Assembly: GCA_010405405.1 (NCBI GenBank)
Contig: MU004236.1
Location: 1,122,070-1,186,069 of the forward strand
DNA length: 64,000 bases
From: Microthyrium microscopicum
Taxonomy: Eukaryota
Direction of reading: 5' to 3'
Part shown: piece after piece, positions 1-11,715 of the stretch
Layout: every line of letters begins with the position of its first letter
How positions within the stretch are numbered: position 1 is the first letter of the stretch
Position numbers and translations under genes: made by a program
The notes under the pieces: generated by a model
The model's input: the letters and a program-made list of their open reading frames with translations, nothing else
Told to the model about the DNA's origin: nothing
Database searches by the model: none

Positions 1-4
1 GATT

Positions 5-1408
5 ATGGAAGCCAGTGGAATCAGCGTCATCAGTGACATTGATGACACTCTTAAGCATACCAACATGATTGGTGGTGCCAGAGAAGCCTTTCGAAATGCA
101 TTTCTTCGTAATCTAGAGGATCTGGTTGTCGATGGCGTTCATGAATGGTTTACCCGCTTGCATGATTTGGGCGTACACTTCCACTATGTCTCGAATTCAC
201 CATGGCAGCTGTTTCCAGCACTGTCCCGCTTCTTCGCTTCCGTGAATCTTCCACCAGGCTCATTCCATTTGAAGCAATACAGTGGAATGTTGCAAGGCAT
301 CTTCGAACCGGTGGCCGAGAGAAAAAAGAGTACTCTTGATCGAATCGCTCGAGACTTCCCTGAAAGAAAGTTTCTTCTCATTGGGGACAGCGGAGAGGCC
401 GATCTGGAAGTCTACTTGGACTTCGTCCGTGAGAATCCAGGTCGTGTACTTGGTATCTTCATTCGGGATGTCACCACTCCAGCATCATCAAAAGGCTACT
501 TTGATTCTAATCTCAGGTCCAGCGTTTCTGGGGCAAACACACCAGCCAGTACAGCCAGCAGAAACCAATCCTCAGTCACTAACAGCGACGAGCACGACCC
601 GGAACTGAAAGCCGCTATCGACGCTTCCTTACGAGAATTCGAAGCTGAGGAGGCCCGCAGAACAGGCACATCTAATACATCTCGCTCTCGACCACTTACA
701 TCTCGCCGGAAATCCGACGATCTCATCTCCTTCAGCGACTCGGACACCGAAACCAAAACAGCACCCATACCACCGCCCTCTCGCCGCAAACCCATTGCCG
801 ACCGCCAATCCAGCACATCAAGCGCTTCAGCAAAACTCCCACCGCCCAAACCGCACAAAAAGCCTACCCTACGCAGCTCCTCTGTCCAGTCCGCCGAAAG
901 TGACACCGCCAAATCCGGACCACCAATTCCTCCCAAACGCGCCTCCACCATACCAACTCCCACTCCAGACCTTTCAAACAGCCTCAACAACACACCGAAG
1001 CCCACACCACCTACCCTCCCAACCCGCAATACAACCACATACACCGACGCCGCACGCTCAACCCTCGCCTCAGCATACAATGCCCTCCCCGCAGCTCCTT
1101 GGTCCGCCGCACCACCACCAGCACCACCACGTCGACCAAATGGCTCACAGCCAACGCCAAACACAGCTGCTGCTGCGGCAGGCATGACGCGAGCAGAGAC
1201 AAACCGTCTAGAATTATGGAAACGGCGCTGGGCAAACGCAGAGCATACGCTACGAAAGGAGGGGATATTACTCCGTACATGGAAAGTAGGCAGTGATGCA
1301 CTGCCAGACAGCGAACGGATCGTTAAGCGCGAGCTGGAAGCACAGGAGCGGAAGCGGGACAAGGAAGGTGGACGATTTGGGAGGGCAGGCAAACTTATAG
1401 ACAATTAA
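5..1408 (+). CDS. APP1: App1-family phosphatidate phosphatase / actin-patch protein, 3' part (gene probably begins upstream of the window)
   Basis: HAD-type motifs ISDIDDT, YVSNSPWQ and LIGDSGEADLEVY, followed by a Pro-rich tail; the frame is open from the window start. Confidence 0.85.
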   Translation: MEASGISVISDIDDTLKHTNMIGGAREAFRNAFLRNLEDLVVDGVHEWFTRLHDLGVHFHYVSNSPWQLFPALSRFFASVNLPPGSFHLKQYSGMLQGIFEPVAERKKSTLDRIARDFPERKFLLIGDSGEADLEVYLDFVRENPGRVLGIFIRDVTTPASSKGYFDSNLRSSVSGANTPASTASRNQSSVTNSDEHDPELKAAIDASLREFEAEEARRTGTSNTSRSRPLTSRRKSDDLISFSDSDTETKTAPIPPPSRRKPIADRQSSTSSASAKLPPPKPHKKPTLRSSSVQSAESDTAKSGPPIPPKRASTIPTPTPDLSNSLNNTPKPTPPTLPTRNTTTYTDAARSTLASAYNALPAAPWSAAPPPAPPRRPNGSQPTPNTAAAAAGMTRAETNRLELWKRRWANAEHTLRKEGILLRTWKVGSDALPDSERIVKRELEAQERKRDKEGGRFGRAGKLIDN

Positions 1409-1920
1409 GCACTCATGAGACATGGAGCAAGATCAGAAATAGTCGATACACGATACCCCTTTTTTGATAGCGGTAGTACCTTTTAGCATTGATATGCGAA
1501 TTTAACCTCCCTTGACCCTACCTCTCTGTATGCACGTAGAATGTTGAAGAGGAAGCGTAAAGAACATGTTTTACATTTTTGGATTAATTCAGTACCCAGC
1601 ACCCTTTGATACTAGCGGAACAAACCACTAAACCTTACAGCACACAACCCAACCTTACAAGACAAAAGGCACTGAAAGGCACTGTCCGCCCCATCTAACA
1701 TAGTATCACCGTCTTTTGCTCAACCAACAAACAGACGAATCAGATGCTTATTTCTCACTGGCTGTTCTTTCGTGATTACATGCCGCTAGAATATCTCAAT
1801 ACAAGCGAAACAAAAGACAATCCCAGCCACCCACCACAATCAGGCCGGAGGAGAGGAGCCCATCGCAGGTGGAGAGACTATCGTGGGCGGAGAACCCACC
1901 GGAGGAGGTGACACAGTCTC

Positions 1921-4181
1921 CTAGGACTGCATCATCTCGTCTTCAGGATTCACCGATTGTGCCGCCGTAGTGGCAAAGTACCGCACGTCAACGTCGCCAT
2001 CGCCCTGCAGTTTCTCCAGGTTGGGCATGATCTTATCGTGGATCAAGTTGAGGCCTTTTGTTGATGGTTCGGGGAGAGTTGTGCCGTTCTTGACTGCCTC
2101 TTCATAGGTACCAGTTTCTGGAATTGCTTTCAGTACCTTGATGATCTCAGAGTACGACTTGGCGACGTTGAAACGGATGTTGGGGATATCGTCGGCAGCC
2201 AGGCGATCCATGATGGGTAGGATTGAAGTCTCGATTATGGAAAGGGTAAGGACAGGAGCAAGGGTCTTGGTAGATTAGTAAATGACTGGAAAATAAACAA
2301 AGATAAAAACATACCGAGATCGCAAAGCAAGTTGTCATGCGGTAGAGATAATTCGTATCATGGCCAAGATCGGTGACCTTGGGGATGATGGCACTATTTG
2401 CCCACTCCACACCAAATACCTCAGTGAGCTTTTTAAGGTTCAGAGTGGATGCTTCACGAATACTGAAGACACTATCTCCTAACCAGCTCATGCAAAGACT
2501 TGCGAGCTTTTCGTCAAAGAACTTCATGCCAAGCTGGGCGGCAAGCAATGGCACATACTCAATGATTGCAAGTCGTACCCGCCACTGCTTATCCTCGGCA
2601 AGTTGAACTATGGCCGGAAGAAGACTTTGCGAAAGTAGTTCGATACCAATGACTAAGATATGTTAACACATGGCGGTCAGATCCTAGAATTTACTAACCA
2701 TTATTGACCAGCTCTAGTTTTGATATAATATTCAGTCGGACATCCGGATGATCGTCTTTGAGCATGTTCAAAAACATAGGCAACAGATGATTGATGGTTC
2801 TTACAAAATTAGATATGACGCTTAAAATCGAGGGGAAAACTTACTCCTCTTTGCCGAGAATTGGTGCCAGCCCACTGATCACAGTACCCAAAGCGGCGCG
2901 AACATGTTGGGATGAATCGGTTACCAACTCCTCAACAGCTGGCATTACCTCACTAAGTAATGTATTGGAGTCGAGAAGTTGGCAGAAGCCTAGTCAAGTC
3001 AGCGCATAGTCCTCAAAACAGATAACAAAACTTACCAGGTATTTGACCAGCAATAGCACCACGGACTTCAGCTTCGGAGTCTTTGAGGAGTTTGACAAAT
3101 GCTTGGACGAGATCACGGTTGATAACCTCCTCATCTACAGCTTTCGCAATCTGTGGTAATATTAGCGCTTAATCTGGACGAAGCGTAGTCTCAACATACC
3201 TTTTCGAAACGATCAGCCACCATGTATCTAACACGCCAGCTTTTGTCTTCGAAGAGACTACGAAGAGCGGCAAGAAGAACTCCGTGGCTATTTTGTTGCT
3301 CCTTGGGAACACCTTCTGCAATCGCAATCAAAATATCGACGGTCAACAGCCGCACACTGTCTTGGTCATCTCCGGCTAGATGTTGAAAAAGAGGAATCAT
3401 TTCCTCAATAACCACCTGGGGTGGCATCGCCGCTACAAACTTTGCCAAGTTTGTTGCAGCTTGTCTCCGTACCATGGGTGTTTCGTCACGAACCAATTTT
3501 CCAAATTGAACGCGGAGGGCATCTTGAACGGGTGGGGTGACTCGAGTGTAAGGGGTGACATATAAACCGGTGGCGGAGACTTTGGATGTAAACCAATCTG
3601 CTTGCGAAAGACGAACAACTAGAGGGATAAAATGTTTTTCGACTTGTGGTTGAGAGAGCTGTTCGCAGACCTTGTTCAAAGATTCGACAGCCTAACGAAA
3701 ATTAGCAAAGAACTGCAAGTGTAGGCAAATGATATTACCTTCTCTCGGACGAGAGGTTCCTCGATTCCGGCGAGATTTTCTAATGGAGAGAGAAGCACAT
3801 GCCCATACTCTTTGCCGCCAACATAATCAACAAAGTTGCCTAGTTCCTCGCCAAGGGCTGTGAGTACCTCATCTTCATCCTCGACAGACTCTGTGAAATA
3901 TGACATTAGCGAATACTTCTAACCATAACAAGTCCGCAGGAAAGCTAGTACCATCGAGGAAGGGTATCAATTCTTCGCGCGTTCGTTCTGGACCCAAGGC
4001 CAGTGCAATTGTAGAGAGTCGGTGAATAGCATTAAGGCGAAGGATTACATCATCGTGCTAAAACCAGTAAGTATAAGTTCAACATAGATACGGCAATCCT
4101 GTTCATAAGTGCGGGATGTACCTTTAACTCATCAATCAACACCGCAATGGGATATAGCTCATCGGTCTGTGCAGGATCCAT
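1921..4181 (-). CDS. TPD3: Protein phosphatase 2A scaffold subunit A (PR65/Tpd3, HEAT repeats), about 9 exons
   Basis: N-terminus [34 protein letters not shown] read on the minus strand; HEAT motifs [35 protein letters not shown] and DVDVRYFA; about 8 short GT-AG introns. Confidence 0.95.
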
Positions 4182-4864
4182 GTTGCCCCTCTAAATTGAC
4201 AGGTGGGGCGGACAAGTGCCGAAAGAAAATGAGAAGAGGATTGAATAGAGAGTATGAGAGTTCAAAGCTTTAAAATAGCTTCAATAACTTTGGCGGCAAT
4301 GGGGAAAAGAGGTATCTGATAGCTTTGTTGTGAAGAAGTGGGCGGATCAGGTTTCGCAGGGTGAGCTGAAGGCCGGCGGGAGGAGAATGGTTGTATAAGC
4401 CTGGCCGAGTACAGAGATAGTGTCGGCGTGAAAGCGTGGAGTTTTCACAAGTAGTGGATTCAGCGATAATGTTGTTGTTGCAAAGAGGTTGATAGGGGCA
4501 GTAGAGAGGCGGTCGTCATATTTGGTGTTGGTTCATCCCCAAGGAAAGCACAGGCATTCAGAACGCCAAGCCAAGGTTTAGGTAGGCGCAACTCAGGTGG
4601 GTTGCTCCTTCCTTACGCCACAAAGCTGGTTTCACTAGCCACTTCCCCGCCACAGGTCGCAACTTCCAATATCAAATATATTTTTGGGTCGCTGCTGCCC
4701 TCCACAGTTTTATTCACCAACCTGGCCAATCTGTTCTGAGTCACGCCTGCACTCTATAAAATACTTATATCGCTACTTCAAGACTCTGGCCTAAACAATT
4801 TTCTATAACGCTGGTTCCATAGCCTTCTATACAATTGCTCAAATCTCGTTGCGCCTGAGTCATC

Positions 4865-6863
4865 ATGCCCACCATAGGTGTGGACAAAGCTACCCTGTAC
4901 GAGTTGTTGGGTCAGGAGTAGGTGTTATAGTCAAAACATATCGACTCAATGTCTAATTGGGACTTAGATTCACCACTAAGGAATTTGATGAATTATGCTT
5001 CGAGTTTGGTAACATATATCTTACCTCGGTCATACACTGAAAGCTGACAGTCCACTTAGGTATCGAACTGGATGAAGATGTAAGACATTCAAGCTCAGAT
5101 GGAGCGATATACATGCTAAAACTAAAGAGACAACCGACCAAGAACGCCCAATTGTCGATGGCGTTCAAGAAAGACCTCAGCTAAAGATTGAAATACCCGC
5201 AAACAGATATGATATGCTATGTATCGAGGGCATCGCTCTCAATCTCAACATCTTTCGCAACCGGACAACACTGCCCAGCTTTAGGCTTAAGGCGCCTGCT
5301 GGGGGAGACATTCAAACCATGTATGTGGAGGAATCAACTCAGCAAGTAAGACCTTTGGTAGCTGCTTCCATTCTCCGTGGCATCAAATTCACCAAGGATC
5401 GCTATGAATCTTTCATCGCCCTACAAGACAAATTACACGCAAATCTTGCACGGCAGCGAACCTTGGTATCAATAGGAACCCACGATCTCAACACCATTAA
5501 AGGCCCATTCCACTACAAGGCGCTCCCACCCAAGGACATCAAGTTCATCCCACTCAACCAGACCAAGGAAATGGATGCCGCGCAATTAATGACCTTTTAC
5601 GAAAAAGACAAGCATCTTGGTCGCTTCCTACACATCATCCGCGACTCCCCCGTCTACCCCGTCATCTACGACAGCCGTGGCACAGTCCTCTCCCTTCCGC
5701 CCATCATCAACGGCGACCACTCCAAAATCACACTCAACACCACAGACGTACTCCTCGAAATCACCGCCACCGACAAAACCAAAGTCGAAATCGTCAACAA
5801 CATCATGGTCACAATGTTCAGCACCTACTGCGCCGAGCCCTTCACCGTCGAGCCCGTCAACATCATCTCCAAACACAACAACGAGAGCCGCCAAACACCC
5901 GACCTCTCGCCCCGCCCAATGGTCGCCAGCTCCGCCTACCTAAACGCCTGCACCGGCCTAACCCTCTCACCCGCCGAACAATGCAAACTGCTCACACGCA
6001 TGGGCCACATCGCCAAACCAAATGCCTCCGACAAAGACGTCCTTGACATTGACGTGCCCGTCACGCGCGCCGACATCCTCCACCAAGCAGATATAATGGA
6101 AGACTACGCCGTCGCCTACGGCTTCAACGCCCTGCCACGCTTCTACCCTAACAAGACCGCCGCCGTCGGCGCGCCCCTTCCCATCAATCGCCTCTCTGAC
6201 ATTATCCGCGCCGAGTCCGCGATGGCTGGCTGGACAGAAGTTATGCCGCTGATTCTGTGCAGCCATGACGAGAACTATGCATGGCTGAACCGCAAAGATG
6301 ACGGGACGCAGGTGATCCGGCTGCAGAATCCAAAGAGTCTCGAATACCAGGTAGTCCGCACCAGCCTCCTGCCAGGTATTCTGAAGACGGTGCGGGAGAA
6401 TCGGCATCGGGCGTTGCCGTTGAGGGTGTTTGAGGTGGCGGATGTCGGATTTAAGGCCATGGAGTTGGAGCGCAAGACGAGAAATGAGAGACATGTTGCG
6501 GCTGCGTGGTATGGGAAGGCGAGTGGGTTTGAGGTTGTGCATGGGTTGTTGGATCGGCTTATGTTGATGTTGCAGATTGAGTTTTTGGTTGAGAAGAAGA
6601 CTGATAAACTGGGGTATTGGATTGAAGAACTGGATGGTACGTTTTCCATACCTTTGATGTCGATTTGTGACTAACTGGTGATTATAGCACCAACGTACTT
6701 CAAGGGCCATGCTGCTTCGATTCATGTCAATCTCAAGGTTGATGGCAAATTGAAACACTTTGTCGTTGGCGAATTTGGTATTCTGCATCCAAGTGTTCTC
6801 AAGAACTTTGAACTGGGTTACCCAGTTAGTGCCTTGGAGTTCAACTTGGAGCCTTTCCTCTAG
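4865..6863 (+). CDS. FRS1: Phenylalanyl-tRNA synthetase beta subunit (cytosolic), 5 exons including a 20-nt exon (5060-5079)
   Basis: Spliced N-terminus MPTIGVDK...EFDELCFEFGIELDED...IEIPANRYDMLCIEG; internal LQDKLH, SIGTHD, PVTRADILHQADIMED; C-terminal GEFGILHPSVL. Confidence 0.95.
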
Positions 6864-7230
6864 ATTTCCACGGATTCACTGTTATCAAAAAGATTATGTA
6901 TGAACGGGTTATATGAGCTATGTAGAATTGTCCAGTAAAGCTAGCTCTACTTTGGTAGCGCAAAATAAAAGTCTGTATTAGAACAATTCTTGAAATTTTG
7001 CTATTTTTGCTTCCAGTAGTGATGTTACCATTGCATGAGCTCTTTCATTCAGTACCTTCATTATCGACCACCTGCATAGGACTCGAGCTTGTTCGTAAGA
7101 CGAGTCTTTCCCCTTATTGCCTCAGAGCACATTTGCCCAACCATTATTACCGGACAGACGAGCCCAACAACAGCCGATACACATATCAACACAATCCCGA
7201 AGGCATGTCATCGTGCAACCACGCGCAAGC

Positions 7231-9333
7231 TCAGACGCTTTGGACCGCTCTATGGATCTCAACGCTGCCCTGCGCCTGTAACAAGCCACTACGCTCATTC
7301 CGCCAACGCATACTCGCGCGCTCTTCCACACCTTTACTTTTCCGCTCGAGTTCACGCAATCGGTCCGCCAACTGCGACTCTTCAAACCGCAGGTCATCCA
7401 TTTGCAGCTTCTGCCAGTTTCTATGCCGCTCGCAGCGCTTGCGCGTGCACATCTCTACAGCTTCTGCTGCGGACTCGGGTGCGCCATCGACTTCCATGGC
7501 ACCACCATTGGTGGCATCAGTAATCCCTTCGAGTGTGCCGCGTTCATATGCAAGTTGACCGGCCGGTGTGGCTCTCCAACGCGCGAATTTCTCGGTTGCC
7601 CAGGAAAGACGTGGGTCAAAGCCACATAGATCCTTGGGTTTGAGATTGTCGCGTTCGAGGGCAGCTGCCAGGCGGTCTTTGACCATGGAGAGGTAGCGCT
7701 CTCGTTCTTTGAGGGCAGTACGGGCGCTATGACACTCGACCTTGAGATTGTTGAGATAGTCAAGATTCGTCTGTTCGTTGGGCGTGAAGGTTGGGCCAGA
7801 CAGGTCAGAAGCCGCAGCGGAGGCAGGTGCGCCAGTAGGAGATTTAATGCCGACTTTGTCAAAGCCATTGACCAGGCCGGCAGTGGTAATACTAGGCATG
7901 ATGGGTGCATCTCTGCCCAGCGCTCGGAATGCCTCGGCGTCTGGAACGCTATGCACAAGTGCTTTGAGTTGGCCTGGAGTGAGCGGGCCAGACTTGGTTT
8001 CAATATCAGAAGGTCTGCCAGTTTTGCCCATAGATTTGCGTTTGCCCTTCTGGTCGAGGCCAGCCTTCTGTATCATGAATTTGACACCACATTCTTCAGA
8101 GCAGTATTTGCTGACTTCGTTCACGCTCAAGCGCGCTGCCTTTGGACATCCTTCTCGACGACACATGGGCTTCCAAGTTGTGCCTCCGCGTCCTTCTGCC
8201 GCACAGTTGGGGCAGATGTATTTGTCAATGAGTTGACCCTTAGTCTCTGTGATATTAACACAGGAGCCATGGAACCAATTATCGCAGCCTCCGTCGCAAG
8301 CAATCATCCAACTATGATCATCGCCTCTTTGACAGATGCAGTATACGTCGTCGCCATCGCCGTCCGACGCCATAACCGTGTCTTCAGGATCGATATCTTC
8401 TACCTCGGAGCTGTCTGCCACTGATGCACTAGATTTGCGAGTTTTAGTTGGAGGCTTGGAGCGAACAATCGGTGTCTCAGAGCCCATGCGCGCAGGAGTG
8501 GTTTCTGGTTCTGCTTTGCGCTTCTTGGAACCGTTGGCGGCAGCTTTCTTTGCGGTACCCTTCTTGTTCGCTGCGACCGACTTTGGTGGTGCGCGCTTCT
8601 TGGGCGCAAGAGACTCGAGTGTAGGTTTGATTTCAGGAGGAGAGTGTTCGCTTGGCTTACGGGAGCCTCGAAGACCCCATTCGTTGGAAGCAGCCACCAC
8701 AGCCGCACGGGTTTCGGCGTCTGGAATGTCTTTGAGGGCAGCGGTAGAGAGACCCATAGCTTCTGGACTCGCCGATTTCGGTGACTGGGATTGCACAGGT
8801 TTAGAGGATGAAGTTGTTTGATTAACCCTTCGTTGCACAGGTGCGGGCTGGAATAGTGGGAGGTCTGGAGGAAGAGGAGGTTCGTTCTGTTGCTGTAAGT
8901 AGTCAGGTGCGCCAGTAAGAGCATGTAATGGCGCCAACTGAACAGGAGAGTGTGAGCGCTCGATTTCAGAACGACGACGCTGTTCTGGAGATTTTGAAGC
9001 GTGATGGTATTGTTCAAGTGTTGGGGATGACGAGTGAAGGTTGGTCATAGTAGGCGATGGTTCAAGAGGAGGAAGTTGTGGGATGCTAGCGTGTCTACCC
9101 CGAGAAATTGAAGGGGGCGTGGTATCCTTTGGTAGAGCACTAGGAGTAAAACGAGGTGGAGAGGCAAGAGCGAGCGAGGAAAGCGCAGGCAGCACTGGAG
9201 CCTTTGTTGTCATTCTCGTGCCTTCCGCATCTGGAGTTTGCGATTTTTCCATGTTTACACTAGCATTCTGTTTTGAAGATGGAGACCCAGAGCCAGGCTC
9301 TGGATTCAGAAGTGCCGAAATATCAAGCGACAT
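7231..9333 (-). CDS. SPP1: PHD-finger protein, Set1C/COMPASS Spp1 (Cps40)-like
   Basis: PHD finger YCIC...MIACDGGCDNWFHGSC...YICPNC, then SKYCSEECG, LCGFDPRL and C-terminal CTRKRCERHRNWQ. The start is inferred at MSLDISALLNP (ATG 9333). Confidence 0.8.
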   Translation of the reverse strand: MSLDISALLNPEPGSGSPSSKQNASVNMEKSQTPDAEGTRMTTKAPVLPALSSLALASPPRFTPSALPKDTTPPSISRGRHASIPQLPPLEPSPTMTNLHSSSPTLEQYHHASKSPEQRRRSEIERSHSPVQLAPLHALTGAPDYLQQQNEPPLPPDLPLFQPAPVQRRVNQTTSSSKPVQSQSPKSASPEAMGLSTAALKDIPDAETRAAVVAASNEWGLRGSRKPSEHSPPEIKPTLESLAPKKRAPPKSVAANKKGTAKKAAANGSKKRKAEPETTPARMGSETPIVRSKPPTKTRKSSASVADSSEVEDIDPEDTVMASDGDGDDVYCICQRGDDHSWMIACDGGCDNWFHGSCVNITETKGQLIDKYICPNCAAEGRGGTTWKPMCRREGCPKAARLSVNEVSKYCSEECGVKFMIQKAGLDQKGKRKSMGKTGRPSDIETKSGPLTPGQLKALVHSVPDAEAFRALGRDAPIMPSITTAGLVNGFDKVGIKSPTGAPASAAASDLSGPTFTPNEQTNLDYLNNLKVECHSARTALKERERYLSMVKDRLAAALERDNLKPKDLCGFDPRLSWATEKFARWRATPAGQLAYERGTLEGITDATNGGAMEVDGAPESAAEAVEMCTRKRCERHRNWQKLQMDDLRFEESQLADRLRELERKSKGVEERASMRWRNERSGLLQAQGSVEIHRAVQSV

Positions 9334-9934
9334 TGTGTTACAGTATGGAATCGTATCTGGTGTTCGAGGAGAAGAAATCGTGTGGATGTAGAGGTAGGGG
9401 ATTTTGGGCTGGTTCAGTATGCTAGACTGCGAGAGAGGCCATGGTTGCAAGATCAGACGTTTGATGATAGTAAAGACGAGTAGAATGGTCCACGTATGGA
9501 AGAGAGGTAATGAGAAGCCAAATTACTCTACAGATGGTGATAGTGGTGATCAGAGTGAATGGAGAATGGACACGAGAGAGATCGGCGGGGAAGTTTGAAC
9601 GCGACCGACCAGTTGACGGCAAAAGAGTTGGGAGGGGATTCAGGCTTCAGCAGTTGATCAAGGATTGCCCATGTCATTGCCGCTAGTCCAGCTTCGGTAC
9701 AAACTAGTCCATGTTTGGAGCGTACATGCGAAGCCACATTGTCCTGGACATCCATGTTTGGAACTTTTGGATTTCAGAGTCGACACGGTCGAGGACCTAT
9801 TTCAAGCGGTGAGGACTGCGGTACTTCTTTGCCATCTACTCATTTGGTTGTTGGTTGTTATCGTAGTTGAATGGATTTGGCCAATGGTCACCCAATGGTC
9901 AACTGGGTATCTATATGTCATACTTTCAGGATCT

Positions 9935-11037
9935 TCAAGCTTCTGTCTCATCTTCCTCATCCTCCTCCTCATCTTCCTCTTGACCTTCTGCGGCCTCCTC
10001 TGGTTCCGTTTGCTGATGTGTCCGTTTTCTGCCTCTCGGTTTCGGTGCCTGAGACGCTCCTGTTATGGCGGGCTCTGCGTGCTTCGGGTTTAATGACAGA
10101 GTTACTTGGATCTTGGACTCGATGTCTGGGTCTTGCCCACCCATCATCTTCCTGATCACACCCGCCACACCCTCTTCGCCAACTTCGATCTTACCCCTCG
10201 GCCCCACCGTATACTCGATCTGTTCATCTCCGCTTGAACTGTCCTTCGATCGCACAAGATAGCCGTCATTAATCATCCGTTGCAAAACGGCCTCAGTTCT
10301 GCCTATTGGGGTGTTGACTTCCGCGTTCAGCTTCTTGAGATGGCTTTCCAGTTTTGTGTCTGGCAACACTCCACCATTGATGTAGATAAGGGCGATAATA
10401 ATGCTATAAAGCCCAACGTATTCACTCTCGGCTTTTCTCGTTGGTGCTTTTGGAGGGCCGAGGATTGAGGGGACACGGAATCTTGGATCTAGAGTGGTGA
10501 TCAAAATCCAGGTATTAGTTGAAGATGTTCCAGGCTTGTCGGCCTTTTGTGCTGCAGCTGAAGAGATATCAGTAGAGCTTCCGTCATGTTTGTTGGACCA
10601 TCACACACCTCGTTTCTGTGCTCCTGTAACCTTCTCCTGCTTAGGGAGTTCCACCATCTTCATCCCAAAGACAGTCTCTAATTGAAGTTGAGCCTCGCTG
10701 AACACATTCTTAAATTCGCGTGTATGTGCTCCAAGTACAACTCGATTGACATCCTGTCTTTTAATGGCCCGTCGGTTGCTCTCAACACTCAAAGCATAGC
10801 GAACGAGCTTCTTTGCTAGCTGTGATATCAGCTGTTGGCCTTGACCATCACCGTCTTCGCCGTATGCGTCTTCTTCTTCTTGATCATCTTGGTAATCACG
10901 TCCTTGGGTTTCCGGTTGCAAACGGGAGTCGTCCTCTTCTTCATCTTCGGAAACCTCACGTCTAGTCTGTTCAGGTCAGATGTGGAAATATGTCCAGGGG
11001 TTGATTGGTGGCAAACCTGTCTTCTAGATCTGGCCAT
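9935..11037 (-). CDS. NSE3: MAGE-domain protein, Smc5/6 subunit Nse3-like; 3 exons
   Basis: KKLVRYAL...VFGMKMVELP and YTVGPRGKIEVG MAGE motifs; 21-nt first exon; introns ~10967-11016 and ~10557-10607. Confidence 0.85.
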
Positions 11038-11150
11038 GGTGATGTTGTTTGAAGGGAGTTTGTAATGGATGTGGAGCGATTGTGCCTCTCACAATGAGGT
11101 TATTCGAACGGGAAACAATTGTAAGTTGTGGAAGTGTGAAAGTACAGCAA

Positions 11151-11210
11151 ACGCGTGTAGAGTACCAATTTTTCGATGGGACGCGAGTAGAGGAAACGGA
11201 AAACGCGCGC
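11151..11210. promoter_or_regulatory. Cluster of MCB-like (ACGCG) elements upstream of nse3
   Basis: ACGCGT 11151, ACGCGA 11181 and ACGCGCGC 11203, in the nse3/prs divergent intergenic region. Confidence 0.5.
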
Positions 11211-11715
11211 TCAGCTGATTGTGCCTGGCATTTGAATTATCTGGACAAATGATCCCTGCAATTGCGGAGCATTGCGCATCAGATGCGGCGATCCAGTTTA
11301 TATCTCGACAAGAAACTGGACAGGACAGAGAACGTACAATCAACTTTACTGTTCTAACGTTGCGATCATTTCAACACTGAAGGATGGCACCTAACAGTTT
11401 GATGCAATTTCGGTACAAAGGCTACAACCTGCCAGGATTAGCAACCGCGAACCAACCCCTCGTGCCCCCTCCAAATTCAGTCAAGAATTCCCCGCCTGCA
11501 CTTGCCTTGTTCACTCTTTTTTCTCACCTCCAAATCTCTGTGTCGATATACTTCACATCAGAGGCTTATGATCAAAACCTTCACTGCTACGAAATGCACC
11601 TCACAGATCTCAAGACCATATATCTCTGATCCCACACGGTCGTCATTTTTTCTTTGATATTGGTATCACAATCTCTTGAATTACTCGACCTACCTAGGTC
11701 CTCAATCATCATATC

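Noticed and set aside
496..1404. Long antisense/alternate-frame ORFs (e.g. 496-1404, 5967-6788, 7729-8424, 14451-15092, 53577-54311, 57119-57730)
   Set aside because: They shadow well-supported genes, have no recognisable motifs, and are expected from codon bias.
11568..11657. Resemblance of the uORF (TSQ...YISD) to the arginine attenuator peptide
   Set aside because: The spacing differs, the DYxSDHxW core is absent, and the downstream gene is not CPA1/arg-2.
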